Shown: positions 48,476-57,265 of the stretch, piece by piece
Layout of the letters: the number at the start of each line of letters is the position of its first letter
How positions within the stretch are numbered: position 1 is the stretch's first letter
Notes under the pieces: model-generated
Databases searched by the model: none
What the model was told of the DNA's origin: nothing
What the model saw: the letters and a program-made list of their open reading frames with translations, nothing else
Position numbers and translations under genes: made by a program
From: Acidobacteriota bacterium
GTDB taxonomy: Bacteria > Acidobacteriota > Vicinamibacteria > Vicinamibacterales > UBA2999
DNA length: 64,000 nucleotides
NCBI GenBank assembly: GCA_009694735.1
Contig: SHUG01000002.1
Coordinates: 6,533-70,532, forward strand
Reading direction: 5' to 3'

Positions 48476-50590
48476 TTAGAACGTGATGCCGGCGCTGACG
48501 CCGAACGTGCGTGGGCGGCCATTCTCGCCGATGAACCCCGATGGTGCAAACCCCGGAAAGGGAATGGCGATAGGCACGTAGATCGTGTCGAAGGCGTTGC
48601 GGATCCAGGCTTCGCCGAACAACCGCTTGCCGCGCGCGCCGGCGCGAAAGTTCACCAGCCCGTAGGCGTCCTGCCGGGCGGTGTTGGCTTCGTCGTACTC
48701 AAACGCGCCATACCTGACCGCTTCGCCTCGGCCGTAAATGGTCACGGCTGAGGTGAGGGCGCGCGACAACTGCGCACCAACCACCGCCGTGTAGTCCGGG
48801 GTGTACGGCAGTTTCTTGTCGGCCACATTCACGCCGCCCGACACGGTGCCCTCGGCAAAGCGCGCGTGCGTGTAGCCGAAGGACGCGAACAGGTCGAGCG
48901 AGGCATGCGGGCGGGCGGCAAGTTCCACTTCCACGCCACGGCTGCGGGCGCCGCCGACGTTCGCGATGTAGAACTGACCCGGAACAAACGGATTCGGGAC
49001 ATTCAGCTGCAGGTCGTCCCACTCGATCGAAAACACCGCGGCGTTGGCCGAGATACGCCCGCCGGGGAGCGTGGACTTCAATCCGCCTTCGACGTGCCAG
49101 GCATGCTCTTCGCCGTAGGCCTCGCTGCCGGGCAGCGCGGCAGGATTGAAGCCGCCGGCCTTGAAGCCACGGCTGGCCGAAGCGTAGACGGAACTGTTGG
49201 CATTCGGGCGGAAGGCCAACGCGAATTGCGGTGAGAGATCCGAGAAGGTGGCGTCAGCGGCCACCGGGTTTGCCGGGGCGATGGCCGGTGAGAAGAACGT
49301 ATTCAGCCTTGCATCGCTCTGCTCGCGATCGAAACGCAGGCCTGCCGTCAGGTCGACCTTCTCGTTGAAGCTGACAGTGCCGTGGCCGAACACGCCGACG
49401 CCGGCGCTGTCGATCGCCGCCTCGGGCGAGGTCTGTGCCACCGGGAAGGGAATCTGCCGCGAGAGCACGAACGCGCCGAGTGAATTGACGGCCAGCTGGT
49501 CGTAGTTCTGCTTGAAATACGCGACACCACCCTGCCACTTGAGCGTCACGGCGTCAGCGAGCTGCCACGGCGCGTTGTCAGGGGACGCCAGGCGAACCTC
49601 CTGGGTGAACTGAAAATCCTCTTCGCGGTTGCTCCGCGTGGCAAGCGCCAGCGGCGTGTAATCGAGGTCGGTTTGGTCTTCGGTGTTCCACTTCACGAAA
49701 CCGGTGGTGCTTTCAATCGACACCCGTTCACCGTTGCCGCGCAGGTTCACGGTGGTGGCGTTGATGTCGCGGTTGGTGAACCCTTCGAAGTTACGTGACA
49801 CCATGAACGGCGTCGCGCGGATCGCGTTTAGATCGCCGAGCGCGTAATCGCCGTCGCGATTGCGTTCGTGCGAGTAGATCACCCGCGCCTGCCAGTTCGC
49901 ATTTGGCGTGAGCAGCAGCTGCGCCTTGGCAAACGTGCCGTCGCGGAAGTCGAGGTCGTGCCCAGTGATGCGATTCACCGTGTAGCCCTCGCGCTCTTGC
50001 CGTCCCGCCGCGAAGCCGATCGCGGCCCGGTCGCCGAGCGGGCCCGAGACGTTGCCGCGGACTTCCTTCGAGCCGAAGTCGCCGAACGGCGCCACGATCG
50101 ACCCGGTCCATTTCGTCGTCGACGGCCGCGTGCTGGTGACGTTGACGATGCCGCCGAGCGTGTTGCGGCCGAAGAGCGGGCTTTGCGGCCCGCGCACGAA
50201 CTCGATCTGATCCACATCCAGCAACTCGACGTTGGACGAGTTGCTGTTCAACTGCGGCACGCCGTCGAGGTAGGTCGTGATGGCAGGATTGCCCGGGCTC
50301 GAGCCAATTCCCCGGAAGCGCGCGTTACTTACCTTGCGGGCCGTGAACTCGGTGAACACGGTGTTCGGCGCGAACATGGCCGCATCGGTGATCACGCGCA
50401 AGCCGGCATTCGCAATGGTGTCGTCGGTGACCGCGGTGATGCTCGCCGGAACGGCCTTCACGTCCGCCGCCTCTTTCTGCGCGGTGACGATCACCGTTGG
50501 CAAAATCACGGTGGGCGGCTGGCTCGATTGCGCGAACGACGCCGTCGGGGCGAGCAGGGCGACCAAGACTGCAAAACAAAGTCTGAGCAT
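48476..50590 (-). CDS. TonB-dependent receptor
   Basis: Signal peptide and a plug domain (…LFGRNTLGGIVNV…). A beta-barrel ends in the aromatic …GITF. The ATG at 50590 is preferred, and the track's GTG at 50605 is an alternative. Confidence 0.9.
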   Translation of the reverse strand: MLRLCFAVLVALLAPTASFAQSSQPPTVILPTVIVTAQKEAADVKAVPASITAVTDDTIANAGLRVITDAAMFAPNTVFTEFTARKVSNARFRGIGSSPGNPAITTYLDGVPQLNSNSSNVELLDVDQIEFVRGPQSPLFGRNTLGGIVNVTSTRPSTTKWTGSIVAPFGDFGSKEVRGNVSGPLGDRAAIGFAAGRQEREGYTVNRITGHDLDFRDGTFAKAQLLLTPNANWQARVIYSHERNRDGDYALGDLNAIRATPFMVSRNFEGFTNRDINATTVNLRGNGERVSIESTTGFVKWNTEDQTDLDYTPLALATRSNREEDFQFTQEVRLASPDNAPWQLADAVTLKWQGGVAYFKQNYDQLAVNSLGAFVLSRQIPFPVAQTSPEAAIDSAGVGVFGHGTVSFNEKVDLTAGLRFDREQSDARLNTFFSPAIAPANPVAADATFSDLSPQFALAFRPNANSSVYASASRGFKAGGFNPAALPGSEAYGEEHAWHVEGGLKSTLPGGRISANAAVFSIEWDDLQLNVPNPFVPGQFYIANVGGARSRGVEVELAARPHASLDLFASFGYTHARFAEGTVSGGVNVADKKLPYTPDYTAVVGAQLSRALTSAVTIYGRGEAVRYGAFEYDEANTARQDAYGLVNFRAGARGKRLFGEAWIRNAFDTIYVPIAIPFPGFAPSGFIGENGRPRTFGVSAGITF

Positions 50591-50634
50591 CTCGTAATTA
50601 TGCACGACGGCGGATGCGCTGGAACCGACCCCCC

Positions 50635-50732
50635 GGATCAGGGATCAGGGATCAGGGATCAGGGATCAGGGATCAGGGATCAGGGATCAGGGATCAGGGA
50701 TCAGGGATCAGGGATCAGGGATCAGGGATCAG
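50635..50732. repeat. heptanucleotide array, 14 perfect tandem GGATCAG units
   Basis: Counted unit by unit from the sequence. It is followed by the degenerate unit GGACGCC. Confidence 0.97.
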
Positions 50733-50832
50733 GGACGCCACGACATTGTCTGCCCAGGCGCCAGACACCCGGATTACGAACGTGGGGCCGTGCGAGAACT
50801 GGCCGACACCGTGTAAACGCTCGCCGGGCTAG

Positions 50833-50859
50833 GTCCGGCTGAAGCCGGACGCCACATTC
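50833..50859. repeat. REP-like hairpin GTCCGGC-TGAA-GCCGGAC plus conserved tail (second copy)
   Basis: 25/27 identity to 22384-22410. Confidence 0.8.
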
Positions 50860-50908
50860 AAGCCTCGTCAAGCCCCAAGCCCCAGGCCCCAGGCCCCAAG
50901 CCTCGTCA
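50859..50908. repeat. heptanucleotide array AGCCCCA x2 / GGCCCCA x2 flanked by direct repeats CAAGCCTCGTCA
   Basis: Read directly from the sequence. It is the reverse-complement family of GGGCTTG and abuts the TGA stop at 50906-50908. Confidence 0.85.
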
Positions 50909-52006
50909 GTCGTGCGGCTTTTCGACCGCCACCAACTCCGGTTGTCTTATGACGGGCGGCAGATCCTCGGCCTGGCTGCGAACCGGCAAGCGCTCCGGCC
51001 CGAAGTGCGGTAACGACACCGGTGCACCTCGACGCGCCGACTGATACAACGCATCCACCACGCGCACGTCCCGGCACCCTTCCTCCGCCGATGGTTCAGG
51101 GTCTTTGCCGTTCAGCACGCAATCCGAAAAGTAGACCAGTTCCGCTGCGAACTGATCGCGGCGTCGGCCCTTCTTCGTCTTCACGTCGTCGCCGACCGTC
51201 AGGGTGTAGCCGAGGGCCTCGGCGTAGTCGTATGCGGGCTCAGCGTGAATGTTGCCTTCGGTTCCGACTACGCGCAGATCCGACACGCCATTGGCAGCGA
51301 AGCTGGTCGTGAACGTCGCCAGGCGGTCGCCGTCAAACCGCATCATGCCCGACGTCATCTCATCAATCTCCGGCAGATCGGCGCGCGCGCCATCGATTGA
51401 GTAGGCAAAGACCTCGGTGGGCTCGGCGCGGAACAGCAGGCGGGCCGCATTGATACAGTACACACCCAGGTCAAAAAGCGTCCCGCCGCCCAGCTCACGC
51501 TGGGTGCGAATGCCATTTGGCTTGGCGTGCATCGAGAACGAGGACGTGAAGTAGCGCGGCTCGCCGATCTTCCCGGCGCGCACCATGTCGACGATTTCAA
51601 GGAATAGCGGCTCGAAGTGCAGCCGGCACGCCGTCATCAGGCGCACATTGGCAGCTGCTGCCGCCTCAATCATCCTCGTGCATTCCGCTGCTGTGACCGC
51701 CAGTGGCTTCTCACAGAGCACGTGCACGCCAGCGCGGGCCGCCCGCACGGCGTAGTCCGCGTGCTCGGAATTCGGCGTGCAGATGTAAACCGCGTCCACT
51801 TCCTTCAGGCACCGCTCGTAGTTGTCGTAGCTCGAGCGAACTGGAACGCGGTAGCGATCGCCCAGTTTATTGAGCTTCTCGTCGCTGCCGCTCACAATGG
51901 CGTGAAGTGCGGAGTTGCGCTTGGCGTGCGCGAACGCCGGTAGCACCGCCGCTTGCGCAATGTGGCCGAGCCCGACCACGGCATAACGAACCTTCGACAA
52001 AGCCAT
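50906..52006 (-). CDS. Gfo/Idh/MocA family NAD(P)-dependent oxidoreductase
   Basis: N-terminal Rossmann motif VGLGHIAQ and an EKP motif (LCEKPLA). Confidence 0.9.
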   Translation of the reverse strand: MALSKVRYAVVGLGHIAQAAVLPAFAHAKRNSALHAIVSGSDEKLNKLGDRYRVPVRSSYDNYERCLKEVDAVYICTPNSEHADYAVRAARAGVHVLCEKPLAVTAAECTRMIEAAAAANVRLMTACRLHFEPLFLEIVDMVRAGKIGEPRYFTSSFSMHAKPNGIRTQRELGGGTLFDLGVYCINAARLLFRAEPTEVFAYSIDGARADLPEIDEMTSGMMRFDGDRLATFTTSFAANGVSDLRVVGTEGNIHAEPAYDYAEALGYTLTVGDDVKTKKGRRRDQFAAELVYFSDCVLNGKDPEPSAEEGCRDVRVVDALYQSARRGAPVSLPHFGPERLPVRSQAEDLPPVIRQPELVAVEKPHD

Positions 52007-52094
52007 GTGAACACCTCCCCGACCAGAAGCAGTGCAAGGGACATACCAAGGAGTGCACTGCGGCTGAGCCGGCGGGAGCCAGCTGGCCTCTTAC

Positions 52095-52904
52095 TTAGGC
52101 GAAGATGGGCAACTCGTCGCGTGTGGAGTCTGTCGACACCTGGTCCCTGCTCCAATCGAGCATCACGTGGACGGCTCGCTCATCCAGTTCCACCGTGTAG
52201 CGATTGACGTAGAGCTGGATGTGCCGCCGCACGACATCCGCCGACATCTCCTGCGCGTGCGCCGCGACGTATGCCTGGCTCGCCTCGGGATGCGCGAAGG
52301 CGTACTCGACGCTGGCTCGCAGCGCCGCGTCGACGGCGGCACCAATCGGCGTAACCAGATCGCGTCGAATTGCGATGGCGGCCAATGGCAACGGGCACTG
52401 CATCCGCTCTTCCCAGACGGCGCCGAGGTCGGTGAGCAGCGTGAGGCCCTTCGACTGGTACGTGAAGCGGCCTTCGTGGATCAGCACACCGCAATCGACA
52501 TCGCCGCGCAGCACCGCACCTTCAATCCGATCGAAGCGCATCGCGACCGTGTCGAACTGCCCAAGCAACCGTAACAGCAACGCTGCCGTCGTCCGCTCGC
52601 CCGGAATGGCGATTCGGCCGCCGACCGTGCGCGCCGATCGCGCCACGACGATCGGCCCCACGCCGAAGCCGGCTGCACCGCCTGCCCGCAGCAACGCATA
52701 GCGATGGCGAATGCGCGGATACGCGGCGATCGAGACTTTAGTCACCTCGGCACCGCCCAGTTCAGCCCGCGCGTTCAGCGCTTCGACATCATCAATATGA
52801 GGAAGCACCGCCGGCCCGGTCACCAGGCCGTGAACGAGGGCGTGAAAGGCGAACGTGTCGTTGGGGCAGGACGAGAACCCGAAGTCTAACGCTGGGCGAT
52901 CCAC
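52095..52904 (-). CDS. mqnD: 1,4-dihydroxy-6-naphthoate synthase (futalosine pathway)
   Basis: Contains FGFSSCPNDTFAFHALVHG and later MqnD-like blocks. The GTG at 52904 is chosen as the start, overlapping the mqnB end. The longer ORF upstream is Arg-rich junk. Confidence 0.8.
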   Translation of the reverse strand: MDRPALDFGFSSCPNDTFAFHALVHGLVTGPAVLPHIDDVEALNARAELGGAEVTKVSIAAYPRIRHRYALLRAGGAAGFGVGPIVVARSARTVGGRIAIPGERTTAALLLRLLGQFDTVAMRFDRIEGAVLRGDVDCGVLIHEGRFTYQSKGLTLLTDLGAVWEERMQCPLPLAAIAIRRDLVTPIGAAVDAALRASVEYAFAHPEASQAYVAAHAQEMSADVVRRHIQLYVNRYTVELDERAVHVMLDWSRDQVSTDSTRDELPIFA

Positions 52905-53512
52905 GACAGCAGCGCCTCCTGTGCGGCGGTGGCGGCCTCTGCGATCCGCCACGCCTTGGTGTCGCGATCGGTCACCAGGTTGCTGATTCCGCGCAGCTCG
53001 CCGACGGGAATGCCGTGGATGGCAGCGACGTGGGCGACGGCGGCGCCTTCCATGTTCTCGACCGCGCCGCCCGTGCGGGCCGCGATGGCGCGCGCGGCCG
53101 CCTCGGTGCCCGTGCACGACGACATCGTCACGAAGCGAACCCTGATCGGCGACGGAAATACCTGCATCGGCAGCAGGTTGTAGATTGGCGGCGGGCCCGC
53201 CACGATCGGAAAGCCCAGGGATTGCATGTCGAGAAATCCGCCCGGGCTGTTCGCACCGAGGTCGCCGTAGCATTCCGTTTCGGCGCACGCCACATCGCCG
53301 ATGTGCAGACCCGATTCAGGATACGCGCCGCCGATGCCACAGACGATGATCGCGCTTGGCTGCGAACGCGCGATCGCCAGTGTGACCGCATGTGCGGCGT
53401 TGACCGGGCCCACGCCCATGCACAACAGTTCGATCCGCGCCGAATCGGTTCGCTCGCGCAGCCGCGCGCTTTCGAGTTCGGTGGCCGTGCAGATCAGGAG
53501 GTCGGCGCCCAA
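52886..53512 (-). CDS. mqnB: futalosine hydrolase
   Basis: PNP/UDP-phosphorylase fold blocks (GVGPVNAA…CGIGGAY…ENMEGAAVA). It is adjacent to mqnD. Confidence 0.82.
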   Translation of the reverse strand: MGADLLICTATELESARLRERTDSARIELLCMGVGPVNAAHAVTLAIARSQPSAIIVCGIGGAYPESGLHIGDVACAETECYGDLGANSPGGFLDMQSLGFPIVAGPPPIYNLLPMQVFPSPIRVRFVTMSSCTGTEAAARAIAARTGGAVENMEGAAVAHVAAIHGIPVGELRGISNLVTDRDTKAWRIAEAATAAQEALLSWIAQR

Positions 53513-53524
53513 GACCCTGTCAGC

Positions 53525-55366
53525 TTACTGCACGCCAAACGCCAGCAACACGTTGCCGGCCATCTGGCCGAACGAGCCATAGCCTGAGTTGGTGAACACC
53601 ATGCCGTTGACGATGGTGGCGCCGGGGCCGTTGATGGAGCCGCCGCGCGCCTTGATGCCGTTGACGGTCTCGAAGTCGCGCGCCGTGGCGAACTCCCACA
53701 GCACCTTGCCGTCGGCGGCACTATAGGCACGCATCATCCCGTCGGTCGCGCCGGAGAACACCACGCCGGGGATCAGGCTGGCCGCCGCCGACTGCGCCGG
53801 GATGCACTTCATGGTTTGATCCGGGCAGGTGGCAATGGGCGGCGCCCACCACTCGCGCTCGCCGGTCGCCAGGCGAATGGCCGCGAGTCCACCGGCCGCC
53901 TTCATCCCGAGCAGGCCATCGGCATTCGGGTAGTAGACGAGGCGATCGTCAGCCGCGCCACCCCACTCGATGCCGCCGAGTGCCGTGCCCTGGCCGACGC
54001 GATGCTGCCACACCACCGAGCCATCATCGGGGTTGAGGCCCCAGGCCAGGCCTGATTTCTGGCCGACGGCGAGAATGCGGCGGCCGCCGGCGAGCGTGCG
54101 AAGGATGGGAGAAGTGCCCACCGCGAAGTCGGGACCGGTTTCTTGCGGGCACGTTTCTGATTTGGCGTTCGGACCGCAACCGATGACATAGGCGTCGTTC
54201 GGTGTCAGCTGGCGCGTCCATAATCGCTTGCCCGACGCGAGATCGAGCGCCATCACGGCGTCGGTCGTGTTGACGGCCGGGTAGGTGTAGCCGTTACTGG
54301 TGGACAGGTAGATTCGCCCGCGCACCGGATCGATGGTGGGCGCCGACCACACGGCGGCGCCCGCGGGTCCCCACAACTGCGTGCCGGTGGACGTTTTCCG
54401 CATCGGCACGGCGGCTTCGGAGATGGTGAACGACTGCCAGCGCTGTTCGCCGGTGCTGGCGTCGTACGCGATCACGCTGCCGCGAAACGAACAGCAGGGA
54501 TAGGCCGGGTTGCCACCCAAGGCTTCTTCGATCGACGACACCGGCACGTAGAGACGGCCGTCATGAAACGCGGGGGCGCCGGTAATGCGCGCGACCGGAT
54601 GGGGGTCGGCATGCTTCGACCACAGGAGAGCGGCGCTCTCGGCATCGATCGCGTAAACGTTCGCCCTGACATCACCAAAGAACACCGCGAACCGCGAGCC
54701 GCCCGTCTTGACCGGCGCGACCGTGATTGCCGTGCGCACGGCCGCCTTCGCTTGATACGACCAATAGACGCAGCCGCTCGCCGCATCGAGTGAATAGACG
54801 AAGCCGTTATCGGAGCCGACGTAGATGCGGCCGCCCATCACGGTCGGCTGTCCAAAAGCCTGCCGGCCTTCAGGGAAGCCAAACGCCCATTTCAGCGTCA
54901 GCGTCGGCACGGTGGCCGCGGTCAGGCCCGCTGCGGCTGCCGGCTGAAAGCGGGTGTTGGATTTGTCAGCGCCCCAGCCATTCCAGCCTGGTCCGTCGAG
55001 GGGATTGCCCAGCGGCTTCGCGGCACACTGATTCTTCATCGTTGATGCAGGTCCGGCCGTTGCCGTGCCGAATGATCGTCCGGACACATACTCGGCGATC
55101 GCACGCATTTGCGCCTCGGTCAGGCCAGACGCCATCGGCGCCATGCTGCCGGTGGTGATCGCCGAGAAAATAGCCTCCGGCGCCCGTCCCTGCAGTTGCG
55201 CGCGAGCGGGCGCCCGGCTGCCGGGTTCTGGATTCACGTGGCAGCTCGCGCACTTGTCCGTGAAGGGCAGCAGCCCAGTGACACCGAAGCCCTGGGCCGC
55301 CGCGTTCGAGGCGCCGGCGATCACCACAACACAGAGGAGGACGAGTGACACGCGCATGCCTCGCAT
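53525..55366 (-). CDS. PQQ-repeat beta-propeller quinohemoprotein with N-terminal cytochrome c domain (polyvinyl-alcohol-dehydrogenase-like architecture)
   Basis: Signal peptide and a CASCH heme site near the N-terminus, followed by PQQ-type propeller repeats. An alternative ATG lies at 55357. Confidence 0.8.
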   Translation of the reverse strand: MRGMRVSLVLLCVVVIAGASNAAAQGFGVTGLLPFTDKCASCHVNPEPGSRAPARAQLQGRAPEAIFSAITTGSMAPMASGLTEAQMRAIAEYVSGRSFGTATAGPASTMKNQCAAKPLGNPLDGPGWNGWGADKSNTRFQPAAAAGLTAATVPTLTLKWAFGFPEGRQAFGQPTVMGGRIYVGSDNGFVYSLDAASGCVYWSYQAKAAVRTAITVAPVKTGGSRFAVFFGDVRANVYAIDAESAALLWSKHADPHPVARITGAPAFHDGRLYVPVSSIEEALGGNPAYPCCSFRGSVIAYDASTGEQRWQSFTISEAAVPMRKTSTGTQLWGPAGAAVWSAPTIDPVRGRIYLSTSNGYTYPAVNTTDAVMALDLASGKRLWTRQLTPNDAYVIGCGPNAKSETCPQETGPDFAVGTSPILRTLAGGRRILAVGQKSGLAWGLNPDDGSVVWQHRVGQGTALGGIEWGGAADDRLVYYPNADGLLGMKAAGGLAAIRLATGEREWWAPPIATCPDQTMKCIPAQSAAASLIPGVVFSGATDGMMRAYSAADGKVLWEFATARDFETVNGIKARGGSINGPGATIVNGMVFTNSGYGSFGQMAGNVLLAFGVQ

Positions 55367-55375
55367 CCTACCTCA

Positions 55376-55431
55376 GGGATCGGGGATCGGGGATCGGGGA
55401 TCGGGGATCGGGGATCGGGGATCGGGGAGGG
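55376..55431. repeat. heptanucleotide array, 7 perfect GGGATCG units plus GGGAGGG
   Basis: Counted from the sequence. It lies 10 nt from the PQQ gene ATG and directly abuts the blaI fragment. Confidence 0.95.
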
Positions 55432-55658
55432 ACCACGTCCGCCACGAAGAGCACGGGCTGCGCTTCGTCTACATGCCGACCGTGCCGCGACACACGGCGC
55501 GCAAGTCGGCACTCAATCACCTCGTCGACACCTTCTTTGACGGCTCCCACGCCAAGGTCGTGACCACCCTGCTCGGCAGCGACCCGTCGCGGCTGTCGGA
55601 TGACGACCTGGACCGCATTGCCGAGTTGATCGCGACAGCGCGAAAGGCGGGGCGATGA
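55432..55658 (+). pseudogene. BlaI/MecI/CopY-family repressor, C-terminal fragment only
   Basis: …HVRHEEHGLRFVYMPTV…LSDDDLDRIAELIATARKAG matches the end of the winged helix plus the dimerisation helix. About 50 N-terminal DNA-binding residues are absent, with the heptamer array in their place. The stop overlaps the blaR1-like start (ATGA). Confidence 0.65.
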
Positions 55659-57265
55659 ACGCCATCGATATCGGCCTGCGTGCCACCGTCGTGGTGTTGA
55701 TGGCACTGCTGGCATCAGCGGCGCTGCGCCGGCGCGCGGCCGCCCTGCGTCACTGGGTGCTCGCCGCAGGCATTCTCTCGGCGGCCGCGGTGGCGCCATG
55801 GGGCCTGGCGCTGCCGGCATGGGATCTGCCAGCGCGGCCGCCGACGGGCGAGACACCAGCCGGCTCGCTGGTCACCGGAAAGCCGATCGGCGCCGCCGCG
55901 GCGTCGTCTAGTAAGCCGGAAAGGCGGGCCGAGTCACCGGCCGGTCTATCGATTGCGCCTGTCGTCAACATGGTGTGGGCAGCCGGCGTCTTCGTCGGCA
56001 CTCTCACCATACTGGTCAGCTTACGCCGGCTGTCGCGGCTGACGAACGCGGCACCACCGATGACCGATTCCCGATGGCTCGGGCTGGCGCAGGAACTCTC
56101 ATCGAGCCTCGACGTCGGCGCAGTCGTGACGCTGCGGCAAACCGACCTATTGACCGCGCTCGGTACGTGGGGCTGGCGACGGCCGAGCGTGCTGCTGCCG
56201 GCGGGTTGTGAAACCTGGCGCGACGAGCGCATCCGCATCGTGTTCGGCCACGAGCTGGCGCACATTCGCCGGGCCGACTGGCCGCTGCAGATGGCCGCGG
56301 ATGTCGTGCGCGCGGTGTTTTGGTACAACCCGCTGTTCTGGATCGCCTGCGCGCGGTTGCGTCGCGAGAGCGAAGAGGCCTGCGACAACGCCGTGCTCGA
56401 AGCCGGCGTCCCCGCCGCCGACTATGCCTCACACCTGTTGGCGATCGCCAGGACGTGCCGCGCGCCGTCTCCGCTGGCGACGCTCGTCCCGATGGCGCGG
56501 CCGTCCACGCTCGAATGGAGGATTGCTGCAATGTTGAATCACACGCTCGCACGCACACGTCCCACGCGCCGCACGCTCGCCCTGGTGTTCGCGGTCATCG
56601 TTGGCATCACGCTCACCACCGCCAGCTTCCGGGCGAACGAGCAGGTTGGGCCCATGCCATTCACCGGCACCGCATACGACGTCACCGGCGCGGTGTTGCC
56701 CGGTGTCGCCCTGACGCTGGACGACCACGCGGCCCATCGGCTGACCGCCACCACTGACAGTCATGGCCGCTTCGACTTCGGCACGGTCGCGTCCGGCCGT
56801 TACCTGGTGGGCTCGAAGTTGCCCGGCTTCCTGTCGTTGGCGGAGGAAGTGCGGCTGGAAAGCGCCCGGCAGTGGGGTCTGTCACTGACGATCCAGGTCG
56901 GCACCATCCAGGAGAGGATTACCGTCAAGGAACAACGTCCATCGACGGCGCCAGGCCGCGTCGAACGCGCGCCGGTGCGGGTTGGCGGTAACATCCGGCC
57001 GCCGCGCAAGCTGGTGGACGTCCGGCCGGTGTATCCGCAGGCGATGCGCGATGCCGGACTTGAAGGCATCGTCTCACTCGCCGCACTGATCGACGTGACG
57101 GGACGCGTCTCGTCGGTGCGGGTCACGGGCTCGCCGGCGCACCCGGACCTCGCGAAGGCCGCCGCCGACGCCGTGCGTCAGTGGCAGTTCAGCCCAACGC
57201 TGCTCAATGGTGAGACCGTCGAAGTCTTGATGAACGTGTCGGTCGCGTTCAGTTTGGAGAACTGA
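55655..57265 (+). CDS. BlaR1-like M56 peptidase sensor fused to carboxypeptidase-regulatory-like and TonB C-terminal domains
   Basis: HELAHIRRADW zinc motif after the TM segments. The C-terminus (…RPVYPQAMRDAGLEGIV…QWQFSPTLLNG…) is TonB_C-like. Confidence 0.85.
   Translation: MNAIDIGLRATVVVLMALLASAALRRRAAALRHWVLAAGILSAAAVAPWGLALPAWDLPARPPTGETPAGSLVTGKPIGAAAASSSKPERRAESPAGLSIAPVVNMVWAAGVFVGTLTILVSLRRLSRLTNAAPPMTDSRWLGLAQELSSSLDVGAVVTLRQTDLLTALGTWGWRRPSVLLPAGCETWRDERIRIVFGHELAHIRRADWPLQMAADVVRAVFWYNPLFWIACARLRRESEEACDNAVLEAGVPAADYASHLLAIARTCRAPSPLATLVPMARPSTLEWRIAAMLNHTLARTRPTRRTLALVFAVIVGITLTTASFRANEQVGPMPFTGTAYDVTGAVLPGVALTLDDHAAHRLTATTDSHGRFDFGTVASGRYLVGSKLPGFLSLAEEVRLESARQWGLSLTIQVGTIQERITVKEQRPSTAPGRVERAPVRVGGNIRPPRKLVDVRPVYPQAMRDAGLEGIVSLAALIDVTGRVSSVRVTGSPAHPDLAKAAADAVRQWQFSPTLLNGETVEVLMNVSVAFSLEN

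Noticed and set aside
50635-50732. The heptamer arrays considered as a CRISPR array or a telomere-like structure.
   Set aside because: There are no spacers between repeats, the unit is only 7 nt, and no cas genes are present. The arrays are internal to a chromosome, between ordinary genes.
50614-50832. A 72-aa ORF translating the GGATCAG array as (GSGIRDQ)n. The other arrays give similar GSGIGDR/PDPRSPI peptides.
   Set aside because: The repeat has period 7 nt, so the peptide periodicity is a by-product of the DNA repeat read through three frames. There is no start context, and the array sits in a promoter region.
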